Position numbers and translations under genes: made by a program. Source: an uncultured Spirochaetota bacterium (GTDB lineage: Bacteria > Spirochaetota > Brevinematia > Brevinematales > JAOACQ01). From it: a stretch of DNA of 64,000 bases. The notes beneath the pieces are model-generated. The model was not told the DNA's origin, searched no databases, and worked only from the letters and a program-made list of their open reading frames with translations. The stretch lies in NCBI GenBank assembly GCA_963768055.1, contig CAVYGN010000002.1:1664001-1728000 (forward strand). The letters run 5' to 3'. Below are positions 10,398 through 20,638 of the stretch, piece by piece. Position 1 is the first letter of the stretch. Each line of letters opens with the position of its first letter.

Positions 10398-11674
10398 CAT
10401 TGCTGTCCAAATCAAATTCAGGAAAAGTTTAAAAACAATTGCGGATTTATCGGCTTAGAAGATTTTTGATGAAATGGAGCATTCAGCCAATCACACAAAT
10501 TTCTACGGGCAAACAGGTTTGTCGGGAGCACAGAGCAGAGGGTATAAACCGACCATTGGAAGCTTGATTTGAATTTCAAATAACTCAGCATCAAATAAGC
10601 GATCAAAGCGACCCATAATTGGGACAGCAACGCATTCCTAGACGTCCCCACGAAACTCTTAACAATTAACTGCTGCTTGATCGTTTTGAAGAATAATTCT
10701 ATCTGCCACCTGTCTTTATATATTTTGGCGATAGTCAATGCAGACCAATCGAAGTTATTAGTTATGAGTATGATGCTTTTTCCTGTTTCAGAATCGACCG
10801 ACCTTATTCGCCTCAACATGCCTGGATATTTCTTGGTGGAATTAAAGCCAGTCCATTCGATATTCTGATCGGAAGTTATATTCGGATGACTGGAAACGTC
10901 AAAACGTTCTAAAACCCTGTATTGAGAATTAGTTTTTAAACGGGTAACAAAGAATACACCAGCATTATCAAGGGCTTTCAGCCATTCAAATTTATTGTAG
11001 CCTCTGTCAAAAACAACGACATCGTCTTTTTCAAAAGGTATGGAAAGAGCCGCTTTTTGCTCATGAACATTCCCCTCAGTCATAATGACAAAAGAAGGCA
11101 GATACCCCGAATGATTAAGTTTAACATGTAATTTAACCGCTCCTTTTTTCTTTCGAAAAGTCGCCCAATTGTAGAGAGATAGGCACAAGTTAATTGTCGT
11201 AGCATCCAGACTATAGAGAGGATTTTTAAAACGAAAGTTATGGCGGGGTGCAATTTCCTGACATTTGGACAGCATCAGGTTGAATATAGACTGAAACAGT
11301 TCGTGGGTTCTATGCTCATTAGCATATGCAAGGGTTGATCGATGGATTGGCTTAATTCCAAGATGATAAAGGCAGGAAGCCTGAGTCGCCAATCCTGCCT
11401 CGATTCCTCGCAGGCTGTCTTGACCTGCCAATTGGCCGAAAAGCATAGCCGTAAAATGATTCCAAGAAGTGAAGCCTCGGGCATAATACTCGGTGCCTGC
11501 CTCTTGAACGGCATTTTGAAATTAAAATCTCGGGATCATTTGCAATAACTGTCCGATTATGGTAGAATTGTTCATAAAGCCTAATCTCCTTATTATATAA
11601 TGATTTAGGTTTGCCGACCCAAATTATTATAAGGCATGATTAGGCTTTTTCATAATTTAATTTGGACACGTGTG
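10398..11674 (-). mobile_element. IS4-family element (inactive)
   Basis: Imperfect TIRs CATTGCTGTCCAAATCAAATT and CACACGTGTCCAAATTAAATT; hairpin over the transposase 5' region (about 11576-11650); no TSD seen. Confidence 0.8.
10418..11575 (-). pseudogene. IS4 (DUF4372 + DDE) transposase with a nonsense mutation
   Basis: ATG at 11575 (MNNSTIIGQLLQMIPRF*) with TAA at codon 18 (11524-11522), in frame with LDAT, VFDRGY and YKDRWQIELFFK. Confidence 0.85.
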
Positions 11675-11905
11675 ATTTTCTCTTTCTGTTTGGTTTATGA
11701 GTAATATATTTGTAGCCCAATTTTTATCAATTCCTGTCCATACCTTTTGATAGCATTCGAAATGTTCCAACAATCGCAATGGGTTTTCACCACCTGTTTT
11801 TAAAGTTTTCCTTAAACTAAAATCAACTTCTATTTCTAATAATATGCCAGATCCGGCATCAGCATGAGCTTTTCTTAAAAAGATACAGCCATTACATTTC
11901 TTCAT
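11657..11905 (-). pseudogene. Hypothetical gene truncated by the IS4 end
   Basis: The last residues (HTCPN) are encoded by the IS4 TIR. Confidence 0.4.
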
Positions 11906-11906
11906 A

Positions 11907-12090
11907 TTAAACCTTTATCTTTCATGAAATTAATAATAAGCTCCCTGACCTTCCCCGATGTCGAGTCGCCGTTTTTTACGCAGTACTCGTCAAGCCGCCG
12001 CTTGTGGATCAGGGGGATGAAGGCCCGGACCATCGCCTCGTTCTTGTTCTTTTTCTCCGGCCTGCCCCGCCCCCGCCGGTATAATTCAAT
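11907..12090 (-). pseudogene. Possible ribbon-helix-helix regulator remnant
   Basis: Hand translation RRGRGRPEKKNKNEAMVRAFIPLIHKRRLDEYC...SGKVRELIINFM; GC-rich; no clear start codon. Confidence 0.35.
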
Positions 12091-12464
12091 TATATCTTTA
12101 TAGCCAAAATTCCAAATATAAATGTCACGTAAACTGATATTGAAAATATCAGTCCATAAACGTTTAATTCATTCCTGGAAATAATATTTATTGCATTCCC
12201 TATTGCTGTAATACAAATAAATACATACATTGTAACCCGGCAGTATATTGGGATGAATACCTTGGCTATATCATATCCTGGTCCAATAAACATGCCATTG
12301 AAGAAAGGCGCTACCAAAATATAACTTATTAAGTTTAATATAATAAGATATACGGCACCGGATACATATAATCCATTAGAATCATCTTGTTCTTTTTTAC
12401 TGGCATCACCTGCAGCATTAATTTTTACCTTATCGAATTCATCACCTGAATTAGTATAATCCAA
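12090..12464 (-). CDS. Hypothetical membrane protein (3 TM)
   Basis: Three hydrophobic segments; last gene of the nucleotidyltransferase operon. Confidence 0.55.
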   Translation of the reverse strand: MDYTNSGDEFDKVKINAAGDASKKEQDDSNGLYVSGAVYLIILNLISYILVAPFFNGMFIGPGYDIAKVFIPIYCRVTMYVFICITAIGNAINIISRNELNVYGLIFSISVYVTFIFGILAIKI

Positions 12465-12466
12465 AT

Positions 12467-12664
12467 TTATCCCCCTGCCGGTATTTTGATTGTTCCGGAC
12501 TCAAGAATTTGTTTTATTTTTTCTCTTTTCTTTTTATCTTCATCAGAAAATCCATAATTATAAAATAACAGACATTCATATAACCAGTTCAATTTGTCTT
12601 CATCCGAAAGTTTACTATATTCTATAATTTCCTTACGTATTTCTTCTTTTTCTTTTAAAGTCAT
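12467..12664 (-). CDS. Small partner protein of the nucleotidyltransferase
   Basis: ATGA overlap with the upstream gene; YSKLSDEDKLNWL motif. Confidence 0.6.
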   Translation of the reverse strand: MTLKEKEEIRKEIIEYSKLSDEDKLNWLYECLLFYNYGFSDEDKKKREKIKQILESGTIKIPAGG

Positions 12665-13188
12665 ATACTAAAACCTTTACCTTTATTAATCCAGCTTTCA
12701 TTTTCCAACAATTTAACCTGTTTGAGTTTTTTTACATCGTCGAGATCCTTAACTCTTCCGCTTAATTTTTTCATTATCGTTAAATCGTCAAGGGAAACAA
12801 CTGAGACATTGATATTATTTATATTTTTAATAACTCGATTTTCATATGCTTTATTAAAATCGAGAGGTTGTTCTATAACGATATCGACAACTTCAAAATT
12901 CCTTTTTTCATTATAAAATGAAAAGATTTTCATGTTTTTATTATCTACCCATTCTTTTACTTTATTTTTATAGGCTAATAGTTCCGGTTTTAAAGGAACC
13001 CTTGGTACATACCCCAAATCTTCCATAGTGTGAACGAATTTTATTACATTTTCTTTATCCATACTAATTATTAAATCAATATCATTTGTTAATCTCTGGA
13101 CATTATAAAGATTTACAGCTAATCCCCCGACCACCAGGTATTTTATTTTATTTTCTTCCATGGAACCTAAAACATCAAAATAATACAT
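12661..13188 (-). CDS. Nucleotidyltransferase (DUF6036/AbiEii-like)
   Basis: YLVVGGLAV...RLTNDIDL...DLTIMKKLSGRVKDLDD signature. Confidence 0.85.
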   Translation of the reverse strand: MYYFDVLGSMEENKIKYLVVGGLAVNLYNVQRLTNDIDLIISMDKENVIKFVHTMEDLGYVPRVPLKPELLAYKNKVKEWVDNKNMKIFSFYNEKRNFEVVDIVIEQPLDFNKAYENRVIKNINNINVSVVSLDDLTIMKKLSGRVKDLDDVKKLKQVKLLENESWINKGKGFSI

Positions 13189-13363
13189 TTATAGACTCCT
13201 ATGGATTACATGCTTTGCATTTTTTATTACCAGGTAATTTTTTTATAAATTTTTATTCCTCTCAGTGATAATCCTTATAATTTACATCTGTTGCGTTTTC
13301 ATCCTCAAATTTATTTGAGGTTTTGCCGGCTGAATATTTCGGCCGGCATGATGCCGGCATAAT

Positions 13364-13765
13364 TCAACTTGAAGCAGATGCAGCCGGCCGACGCTGACGG
13401 TGATAATCCCTGCCCCTGTTTGCTTTCGTCTCCAAAAGGACATAATAAGGGGCAGAGTCTTTTACTTTTTTATGGGGCCGGGCGATAATCTCAAGGTCTA
13501 CTCCCAGGACGTTTAAGTATTCAATAAGTGTCGATATTCGCATGTCTTTCCTTTTTTCAATCTTTGATATGCTCACCTGGGAAAATCCCTTCATGTCTTC
13601 CTGCCTGACCCCAAGCGCCTGACGCATATTTTTCAGCCGGTACTGCAAGGACATCGCCTCGCCTTTTCTGTAAGCTTCTTTTACCTTTTCGATTGGCAGC
13701 CGAGCCTCTACCTTATCGAAGAAATTTGTTGCAACTTTCCTACCTTCCTTCCTTTCCTCCGTCAT
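13364..13765 (-). CDS. XRE-family HTH antitoxin (HigA-like)
   Basis: LKNMRQALGVRQ...SQVSISKIEKRKDMRISTLIEYL; lies downstream of the toxin gene. Confidence 0.85.
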   Translation of the reverse strand: MTEERKEGRKVATNFFDKVEARLPIEKVKEAYRKGEAMSLQYRLKNMRQALGVRQEDMKGFSQVSISKIEKRKDMRISTLIEYLNVLGVDLEIIARPHKKVKDSAPYYVLLETKANRGRDYHRQRRPAASASS

Positions 13766-13825
13766 ATTTGACTCCTATAATCTTATATAATTTTCATATT
13801 TAAATAAATACAGTCCTGTTTAATA

Positions 13826-14176
13826 TTATTTGTACTTGTCGAAAATATCGTCGGCTACAGGTATCATCTCCTTGTAAAATCGTTTATTACCTCTTTTATC
13901 ACCGCCTATAATAAGTACCCCTTCCTGCCTTGAATTAAAAGCAAAGAAGATTCTGAAGATATGCTTGTCATGCGAAAATCTGAGTTCTTTCATATTACTA
14001 TGCCTGCTCTTTTCAATCTTGCCAACACGCGGACGAACGAGTATTGGCCCATCAATGCTTAATGGTGTAACAAAAGCAATTATAACCAACTGCGTTTCTT
14101 CGTCTAAATTTATAAACCATTCGTCGAACTCGTCAGTACTTGTTATCACCCATTTGCCCGAATTTAATAACATCAT
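13826..14176 (-). CDS. RelE/HigB (Gp49-like) toxin
   Basis: TDEFDEWF...GPILVRP...SRHSNMKELR...RIFFAF...GGDK...FYKEMIPVAD. Confidence 0.9.
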   Translation of the reverse strand: MMLLNSGKWVITSTDEFDEWFINLDEETQLVIIAFVTPLSIDGPILVRPRVGKIEKSRHSNMKELRFSHDKHIFRIFFAFNSRQEGVLIIGGDKRGNKRFYKEMIPVADDIFDKYK

Positions 14177-14191
14177 TGACCTCCTGTATAT

Positions 14192-14220
14192 AATATAACA
14201 TATTGTGAATATATCGTCAA
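14192..14220 (-). promoter_or_regulatory. Promoter of the TA operon
   Basis: TTGACG-N17-TATATT on the minus strand, followed by an AGGAGG RBS. Confidence 0.6.
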
Positions 14221-15063
14221 GTGAATATGGATTCTATTATTGCATGTTGGTAGCGGACGGGGTAGCCATCCGGATTTACCCCCGGAGGGGGTGCGGCGGG
14301 CACGATTCAAGTAGATTCGCCGTTATCGGCCACGTTCGTCAGAAAAATGGCAGCTTATCCGGTAAATAGCCGATTTTATTGACTATTAAGAATAGAGGCC
14401 CTCAAAACACTCAACATGGGGCCCTCTTTTATACCCCGGTGAGGGGTTCATCCGCCATTTTGTCGGGGTGGGCAAAAATACCCATGTTCCATTCCAAAAA
14501 TTATATTATATTCGGAACTCTACTTTGCTCCTGGTTACACGAATACTCCCATAGGGCCTTTTATATAGAAATATCCTATATTTTAGGGGTGTTTTTGCCA
14601 AAATATGGTCCGTTTTAATGTCAAATGTTGTGATATTGATATGTTTCACAAGCTGTTATTTTGTAGATGACATTTTTAATTAAATAGATTCTGGTTTACA
14701 TCGCCAAAAACAGTATAACAAAATAATTGCAAAAACAGATAAGATGGTTGTATCATAACTAATGATGAGTTGCCATGTTACAAGGTTATTTAAATTTGTT
14801 TTATAATTTGTATAAATAGGAGAGTTTATGAAGAGCGGTTTCTTTGGATATAGTTCTAATCCGCCATCCTCTGGTGACTCAATTGAACTTGATAATAAAG
14901 AAAGGAATAAAATTCTGAAAGAAGCTAAATATGTAACCGACTGGATATATGAAGTGATTAAGAAGATATGATCTTGAAATTGAAATAAATAAACTCAAGT
15001 AATAAGCAATGATTGTGATTTTTCCGATATTATGCATCATGAGAGAATTAGTTTAGAAATATT

Positions 15064-17544
15064 TTGGATTTTATAATGTCAGAATTGGAAGATTTAAAGA
15101 ACCAGATTCAAGTCTTGAGACTCGATAATAAAATATTAAATGAAGAAAACAATCGGCTTAAGAATTTGCTAGCAACCAATGGAAAACAAACCCATGTTTC
15201 TTTACCTGTCCCGGTTAATTCTGATAATACAAAGAATAAAAATTTAAGGCCAAATTACAAAACGCAAATTATAAATCAGCATTCTGACAATGCGGCAAAG
15301 ATCATGCTATTTAGAAGTCTTTTTAGGGGACGGGAAGATATTTATGTCGCCCGCTGGGAGTCTCAGAAGGGCAAATCTGGTTATTCGCCGGTTTGTACAA
15401 ATGAATGGAATCGAAAATTCTGTAAAAAACCTATAATAAAATGTGGAGAATGTGATAACAAGAAATATGCTACTCTTACAGACAAAACTATTTCGGATCA
15501 CTTATCCGGAAAAATTACCATCGGTATTTATCCGATGCTTCAGGATGAAAATTGTTACTTTCTGACTTGTGATTTTGATGATAAAGAAGCCCGCCTTAAT
15601 TGGCAGGAAGATGCTCTCACATATTTGAAAATCTGCAAGGATATGAATATTCCCGCTTATCTTGAGCGTTCCCGGTCAGGAAAAGGCGGACATATATGGA
15701 TATTTTTTGAAACAAAAATTCCCGCATTTCAAGCCAGAAAACTGGGGTTTATTATTCTTACTAAATCTATGGATAACCGATACCAGATCGGTTTATCGTC
15801 TTATGACCGTTTTTTCCCAAACCAGGACACGATACCAAAAGGCGGTTTCGGCAACCTGATAGCTTTGCCTCTTCAGCATAAGCCCAGAATTGATGGAAAC
15901 AGTGTTTTCATTAATGAATCGGCGGAACCATTCCCGGATCAATGGTCATTCATGTCCAGCATTGTTAAAATGTCTCAATTAAATGTCAACAAAATAGTAT
16001 CAGACAATTATCGGCAAGCATTTTCTTTCGGTATTCATACACATCTTGAAAATGAAGAGCTTGAACCCTGGAATATAATCCCTTCTCCGGCTTTAAATGA
16101 ACCCTTAAAATGTGATAATCTTCCTGATAAATTGGATATTGTTTTATCCAATATGATTTTTATTGATATCAGAAATCTGCCATCCCTTCTAATAAACAGG
16201 ATACGTAAACTGGCGGCTTTTCAAAATCCGGAGTTTTACAGGGCCCAGGCAATGCGCCTCAATACTTTTGGAAAGCCCAGGATAATAAGCTCGGCCGAAG
16301 AATATCCGAACCACATCGGTATTCCCAGAGGCTGCCTGGACGATTTAAAGGAATTATTAAAAGCCAATCATATTGAATTGAAAATAGAGGATAAAAGATG
16401 TGCCGGTATACCTATTGTAGCAAGTTTTAACGGGAAGCTCCGTCCGATTCAGGAAAAGGCCTTAACATCAGTATTGGAATATGAAATAGGGGTTTTATCC
16501 GCGGGAACAGCTTTTGGTAAAACAGTTGTTGGAGCGGCACTGATTGCAAAGAGAAAAGTAAGTACGCTCATTTTAGTGCATCGTAAACAATTAATGGATC
16601 AATGGAAACAAAGACTATTAATGTTTCTGGAACTTCCTGATAAGGCTATAGGTCAAATTGGAGGCAGTAAAGATAAATCGACAAAAATTATTGATATCGC
16701 TATGCTCCAGACTTTGAATCGTAAGGGTAAAATCAAAGATATCGTTAGTGAATACGGTCTTGTGATAGTTGATGAATGCCATCATATTTCAGCATTCAGC
16801 TTTGAACAGGTTATGAAGACGGCTAAAGCAAAATATGTGCTTGGCCTTACCGCTACGCCTACACGTAAGGACGGGCATCAACCAATATTATTTATGCAAT
16901 GTGGCCCTATTCGATTTAAAATCCAAAACAAGGATATTGCAGACCAGAAGGTTTTAAAACATACTGTCATACCTAAATACACGAATTTTTGTTCCACAAC
17001 AGGGTTTTTTAGCAATACAAATGATAAAAGCATTCAGGATATTTATTCCGAGCTGATTCAGGATAAAAATAGAAACCAAATTATTCTTAATGATGTAATA
17101 ACTGCACTGGAAAATAAAAGAATACCCCTCCTTCTGACCGAAAGAAAAGAGCATGTCGATTTTTTCGAGAAAGAGTTAAGCCCGGTTGTAAAAAATATTA
17201 TTGTAATGCGTGCCGGGATGGGTAAAAAGAAGTTTGAAGAAAAAATGAAAATGCTTTTTAATTTTAGAGACGACGAATCGAGAATTATTATTTCTACAGG
17301 GAAATACATTGGCGAAGGATTTGATGATGCGAGACTTGATACGCTTTTCCTGGCGATGCCGGTGTCATGGAGAGGTACTTTGGAGCAATATGTAGGCAGG
17401 TTGCACCGGAATCATCATTCAAAAAAAGAGCTTATTGTTTATGATTATGTGGATATCAACGAACCTGTGTTGAAAAGGATGTTTGAAAAAAGGCTTAGGG
17501 GCTATAAAGCGATAGGATATGAGGTAAATGGAGATCTACCCTGA
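15064..17544 (+). CDS. AEP primase-like (TOTE-type) domain fused to an SF2 (ResIII/XPB-like) helicase
   Basis: LFRGREDIY, CxNEW..C..C..C, DFDD and ERSRSGKGGHIWIFF (AEP); GTAFGKT, DECHH, TATP, GEGFD, QYVGRLHR (helicase). Confidence 0.88.
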   Translation: MDFIMSELEDLKNQIQVLRLDNKILNEENNRLKNLLATNGKQTHVSLPVPVNSDNTKNKNLRPNYKTQIINQHSDNAAKIMLFRSLFRGREDIYVARWESQKGKSGYSPVCTNEWNRKFCKKPIIKCGECDNKKYATLTDKTISDHLSGKITIGIYPMLQDENCYFLTCDFDDKEARLNWQEDALTYLKICKDMNIPAYLERSRSGKGGHIWIFFETKIPAFQARKLGFIILTKSMDNRYQIGLSSYDRFFPNQDTIPKGGFGNLIALPLQHKPRIDGNSVFINESAEPFPDQWSFMSSIVKMSQLNVNKIVSDNYRQAFSFGIHTHLENEELEPWNIIPSPALNEPLKCDNLPDKLDIVLSNMIFIDIRNLPSLLINRIRKLAAFQNPEFYRAQAMRLNTFGKPRIISSAEEYPNHIGIPRGCLDDLKELLKANHIELKIEDKRCAGIPIVASFNGKLRPIQEKALTSVLEYEIGVLSAGTAFGKTVVGAALIAKRKVSTLILVHRKQLMDQWKQRLLMFLELPDKAIGQIGGSKDKSTKIIDIAMLQTLNRKGKIKDIVSEYGLVIVDECHHISAFSFEQVMKTAKAKYVLGLTATPTRKDGHQPILFMQCGPIRFKIQNKDIADQKVLKHTVIPKYTNFCSTTGFFSNTNDKSIQDIYSELIQDKNRNQIILNDVITALENKRIPLLLTERKEHVDFFEKELSPVVKNIIVMRAGMGKKKFEEKMKMLFNFRDDESRIIISTGKYIGEGFDDARLDTLFLAMPVSWRGTLEQYVGRLHRNHHSKKELIVYDYVDINEPVLKRMFEKRLRGYKAIGYEVNGDLP

Positions 17545-17713
17545 TGGCGCTTCAAGCGGGTTATCCTCCATTAGACTTTAGTCTTATAAAAAAAGAAAAA
17601 AGAGAGGAATATTTTAAAGCGGTAAATTCGGGACTTGATAGAAATTATCTGCCGATGGGATCTATTTTTAGAGAGGTGATTAATTTGACTATCAGTATTC
17701 GGGCAGGCAAATA
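17541..17713 (+). pseudogene. C-terminal remnant of a Fic-family protein
   Basis: Hand translation LMALQAGYPPLDFSLIKKEKREEYFKAVNSGLDRNYLPMGSIFREVI; the catalytic HPFxxGNGR motif is missing. Confidence 0.55.
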
Positions 17714-17874
17714 ACTTTAGGAGAATCCTTTTCTTTTAATTTTTTAATAATATTAGAGCTTACAGTTTCTATTTCAATAGCCGAAGAAGAAATTACGTTA
17801 TTAATAATCAATTTTTCATACTGCTCAATATTTTGAAGGTATGGGTTTGTTTTCGATAAAGGTAACTCTTTCAT
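17692..17874 (-). CDS. Putative Fic antitoxin-like small protein
   Basis: TNPYL...SSSAIE resembles the (S/T)xxxE(G/N) inhibitory helix; convergent with the fic remnant. Confidence 0.55.
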   Translation of the reverse strand: MKELPLSKTNPYLQNIEQYEKLIINNVISSSAIEIETVSSNIIKKLKEKDSPKVICLPEY

Positions 17875-18168
17875 ATTAATATTTTAATGATTTTAGTTTT
17901 TGAAGTCAATTTTTATCCTTCAATTATTATACAAATGATGATGTTGAAATTCTCGGCGGTTTTCTTCGTTTGAAAAGTTATATAAATTTATTATAAAAAT
18001 TGACATAAAAACTTACTGTTTTTACTATATATTAATGCTATTTCAAAGCTGTTTTGATACCGTATCGATACCGTTTTGATACGATGCAAATTTGGTAAAG
18101 TTTCGAATAGGTGAGCTCGAACTCTATATTTTGCAATGAGTTAGGAAATATCAGAAAAATTCTTCGGC

Positions 18169-18184
18169 TCCCGCTCTCTCCGAT
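18169..18184 (+). repeat. att-like core 1 (tRNA-Ser 3'-end-like)
   Basis: TCCCGCTCTCTCCGAT is identical to 31958-31973; arm-like (TTT)GATAC(C)G repeats at about 18050-18085. Confidence 0.7.
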
Positions 18185-18482
18185 CCTTATCTAAGTCTAT
18201 GCAGTGCAAGTAATTGTGAAATCAGGTATCTCAAAATATTACAGATTATATGAAGTAATAAGTATTTTTGTTATAAACAATTCTTATCTTTCTTCATTGC
18301 CTTCAAAATTTATATGAATTCTTCACCCCATCTCTATTTCGCTTACTAGACTCAACTGAATTTTTGAAAGATTTTTGAGATGGGTTTAGAATATAGAAAC
18401 CGAACAGCATCGTTAATCAAAGGGTGGGATAATAAAATAGGTGTAAATTGGAAATTTCAATAAGGAAAGAGGGACATCTAAG

Positions 18483-18937
18483 GAGTTATTTAATTCATCT
18501 CCTGACTCTGAGTTTGTCAAGAGCCGGATTGTAAATGCGTCAAGGGACATATTTAAAACATGGACTGACCCGGATCATCTTAAAAATTGGTGGGGACCGA
18601 AAGGTTTTACAAATACATTTAAGCAATTCGATTTCCGACCGGGTGGAAAGTGGATTTTTATTATGCATGGGCCGGACGGAATTGATTATCCCAATGAATG
18701 GGAGTTTATAAAGATTGTTGACCCTCAACTCATAATAATAAATCATAATGTACAACCGGTATTTCAAATTATTTCCGAATTACAAGAACAATCAATAGAT
18801 AAAACAAAAGTTACCTAGAGATCGGTATTTCCCACTCCTGAAGTTGCAACAGAATTAAACCCTTTGCTTTTGAAAAAAACGAAGAAAATCTCGATAGACT
18901 TGAAGATGAACTAAAAAAAATGATAAAAAACTCCTAA
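18483..18937 (+). pseudogene. SRPBCC/AHSA1-family pseudogene
   Basis: WTDPDHLKNWWGPKGF...RPGGKW...MHGPDG; TAG at 18816 and a frameshift before ENLDRLEDEL. Confidence 0.85.
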
Positions 18938-18963
18938 AAATAAAATTGAGTTTGGAGGAATAA

Positions 18964-19341
18964 ATGAACGCTACACAGTTACCCTTTCTGGTAGAAGGAA
19001 TTCTAATGTTAACAGCCGGGATCTTCGGAGTTCTTCTAGACAGGGCTGGAAAACCCTATGGTAAAGTAAAGCTTGTAATTCACCTATTTTTCTTTCTCTG
19101 GTTCGCTGTAGGTTTCAGCTTCATATCATACGGGATTCTAACTATGAGTAGTGCTACAAAGGGAATTTGGATCCCTGTTTCCATAATGGGTCTGGCGATA
19201 TTAGTTCAGCTGTTTACGGGAATAAAGATTCTGTTTTCCAAAAAATCAGGAAAGGTGTTGCCTAAAATCCACCTGATTTCAGCAATTATAATGCTTTTAT
19301 CCGATATCTTTGCTTTTATTATAACCGGGTTTCGTGCTTGA
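18964..19341 (+). CDS. Small 4-TM membrane protein
   Basis: GGAGG RBS; four hydrophobic helices. Confidence 0.7.
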   Translation: MNATQLPFLVEGILMLTAGIFGVLLDRAGKPYGKVKLVIHLFFFLWFAVGFSFISYGILTMSSATKGIWIPVSIMGLAILVQLFTGIKILFSKKSGKVLPKIHLISAIIMLLSDIFAFIITGFRA

Positions 19342-19481
19342 AGGAACCTTATGAGAAAGATTATTGTTCTATTATTTATAACTCAAAAACCGGATCGTTT
19401 GTGTCAGCAGTAGACAGGTGTGCCAAAAATGATTAGTGTTGTTATAAAGATAGCAAACTATAGTGGTTCAAGGGGGATTTT

Positions 19482-19931
19482 ATGAAAATATCCAATCCTA
19501 AAATAACTCCATTTCTGTGGTTTGATAACAATGCTCGGGAAGCAGTAAAATTTTATACCTCGATCTTCAAAAATTCAAAGATAATCAGTCTTGATGACAT
19601 GGTTTCAACCTTCGAAATTGAAAGGCAGACCTTTATGGCGTTAAACGGAGGCCCTGCTTTTAAATTTACAGAGGCTATATCATTCTACATATCCTGCGAA
19701 ACTCAGGAAGAAGTGGATTATTACTGGAAAGAGCTGCAGCGTGACGGCGGCAGTCCGGTGCAATGCGGCTGGTTAAAAGACAGGTTCGGCCTGTCCTGGC
19801 AGATTGTACCGGATATTTTAAGAGAAATGATGAATAGCCCTGATAAGCAAAAAAGAGAAAAGGTCCTGCAGGCAATTTTGAAAATGATAAAAATTGATTT
19901 TGATGCACTGAAAAAAGCTTTTGAAGAATAG
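19482..19931 (+). CDS. VOC family protein (PhnB/3-demethylubiquinone methyltransferase-like)
   Basis: KITPFLWFD, LNGGP.F.FTEAISF, CGWLKDRFGLSWQIVP. Confidence 0.92.
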   Translation: MKISNPKITPFLWFDNNAREAVKFYTSIFKNSKIISLDDMVSTFEIERQTFMALNGGPAFKFTEAISFYISCETQEEVDYYWKELQRDGGSPVQCGWLKDRFGLSWQIVPDILREMMNSPDKQKREKVLQAILKMIKIDFDALKKAFEE

Positions 19932-20021
19932 CAATGGTATTATTAAATTGAATTTTATCTAATAACTATTTGCCCTTATTAAAGTTAAAAGGAGCAAAGC
20001 TGATGGCCATCAAAGCTGAAT

Positions 20022-20383
20022 TGTATTCGTCAAGTTAAAATACCCAAAAAAATCGCGTAAAATTACCCATGTGGTGATGGGTAAATTTATCAGCTTTTTT
20101 GCCTCATCAAAGCATGTTTCATTCGGTAACTTTCTCCTTCAAATATAATCAAATGGCCATGATGTATTAGCCTGTCGATCATGGCTGCCGCCATCTGGTC
20201 ATCGGTAAATAAAGCCCCCCATTTCGAGAACTCCAGGTTTGTTGTAATTATCAGGCTCCTCCTCTCATAACTATCCGATATGATCCTGAATAATAATTGA
20301 GCACCCTGTTTGTCTATTGGAACATAGCCCCATTCATCAATGATCAAAAGCTCGGCTCTTAGTATATTTTTAAGCACAAACAT
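20022..20383 (-). mobile_element. istB: IS21-family remnant (istB 3' fragment plus terminal repeat)
   Basis: LLIIDEWGY, YERRSLIITTN, IDRLIHH, GESYR; end TGTATTCGTCAAG at 20022 with internal AAAAT(T)ACCCA repeats; no istA. Confidence 0.8.
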
Positions 20384-20638
20384 TCATGGATGATAAAATC
20401 ATTAATCTTTTAAGAGAGGCTGGAGCAAAATAGAGGGGGTATAGAAAAAACTGTGTAAATGGTCATTTTGTTTTAAAAAGAGCATTTTTCTTTAGAGGAC
20501 AATATAAAAAACACTTTGGATTATGATTTAACACTTATTGCAAGGCATATTGCACAAAATGAAAATATGCCTCCAAAGTTCACGTTTTTTAATGAACGAA
20601 ATAACCAACAGGCAAGAACACGCCATTCTTTCGCCAAA

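Noticed and set aside
1140..14446. Shared CCCCGGTGAGGGG at about 1140 and 14434
   Set aside because: Short and low-complexity; I could not tie it to any boundary or structure.
18169..18184. tRNA gene (also 31958-31973)
   Set aside because: Only a 3'-end-like 16-mer; no GTTCGAA T-loop or cloverleaf upstream.
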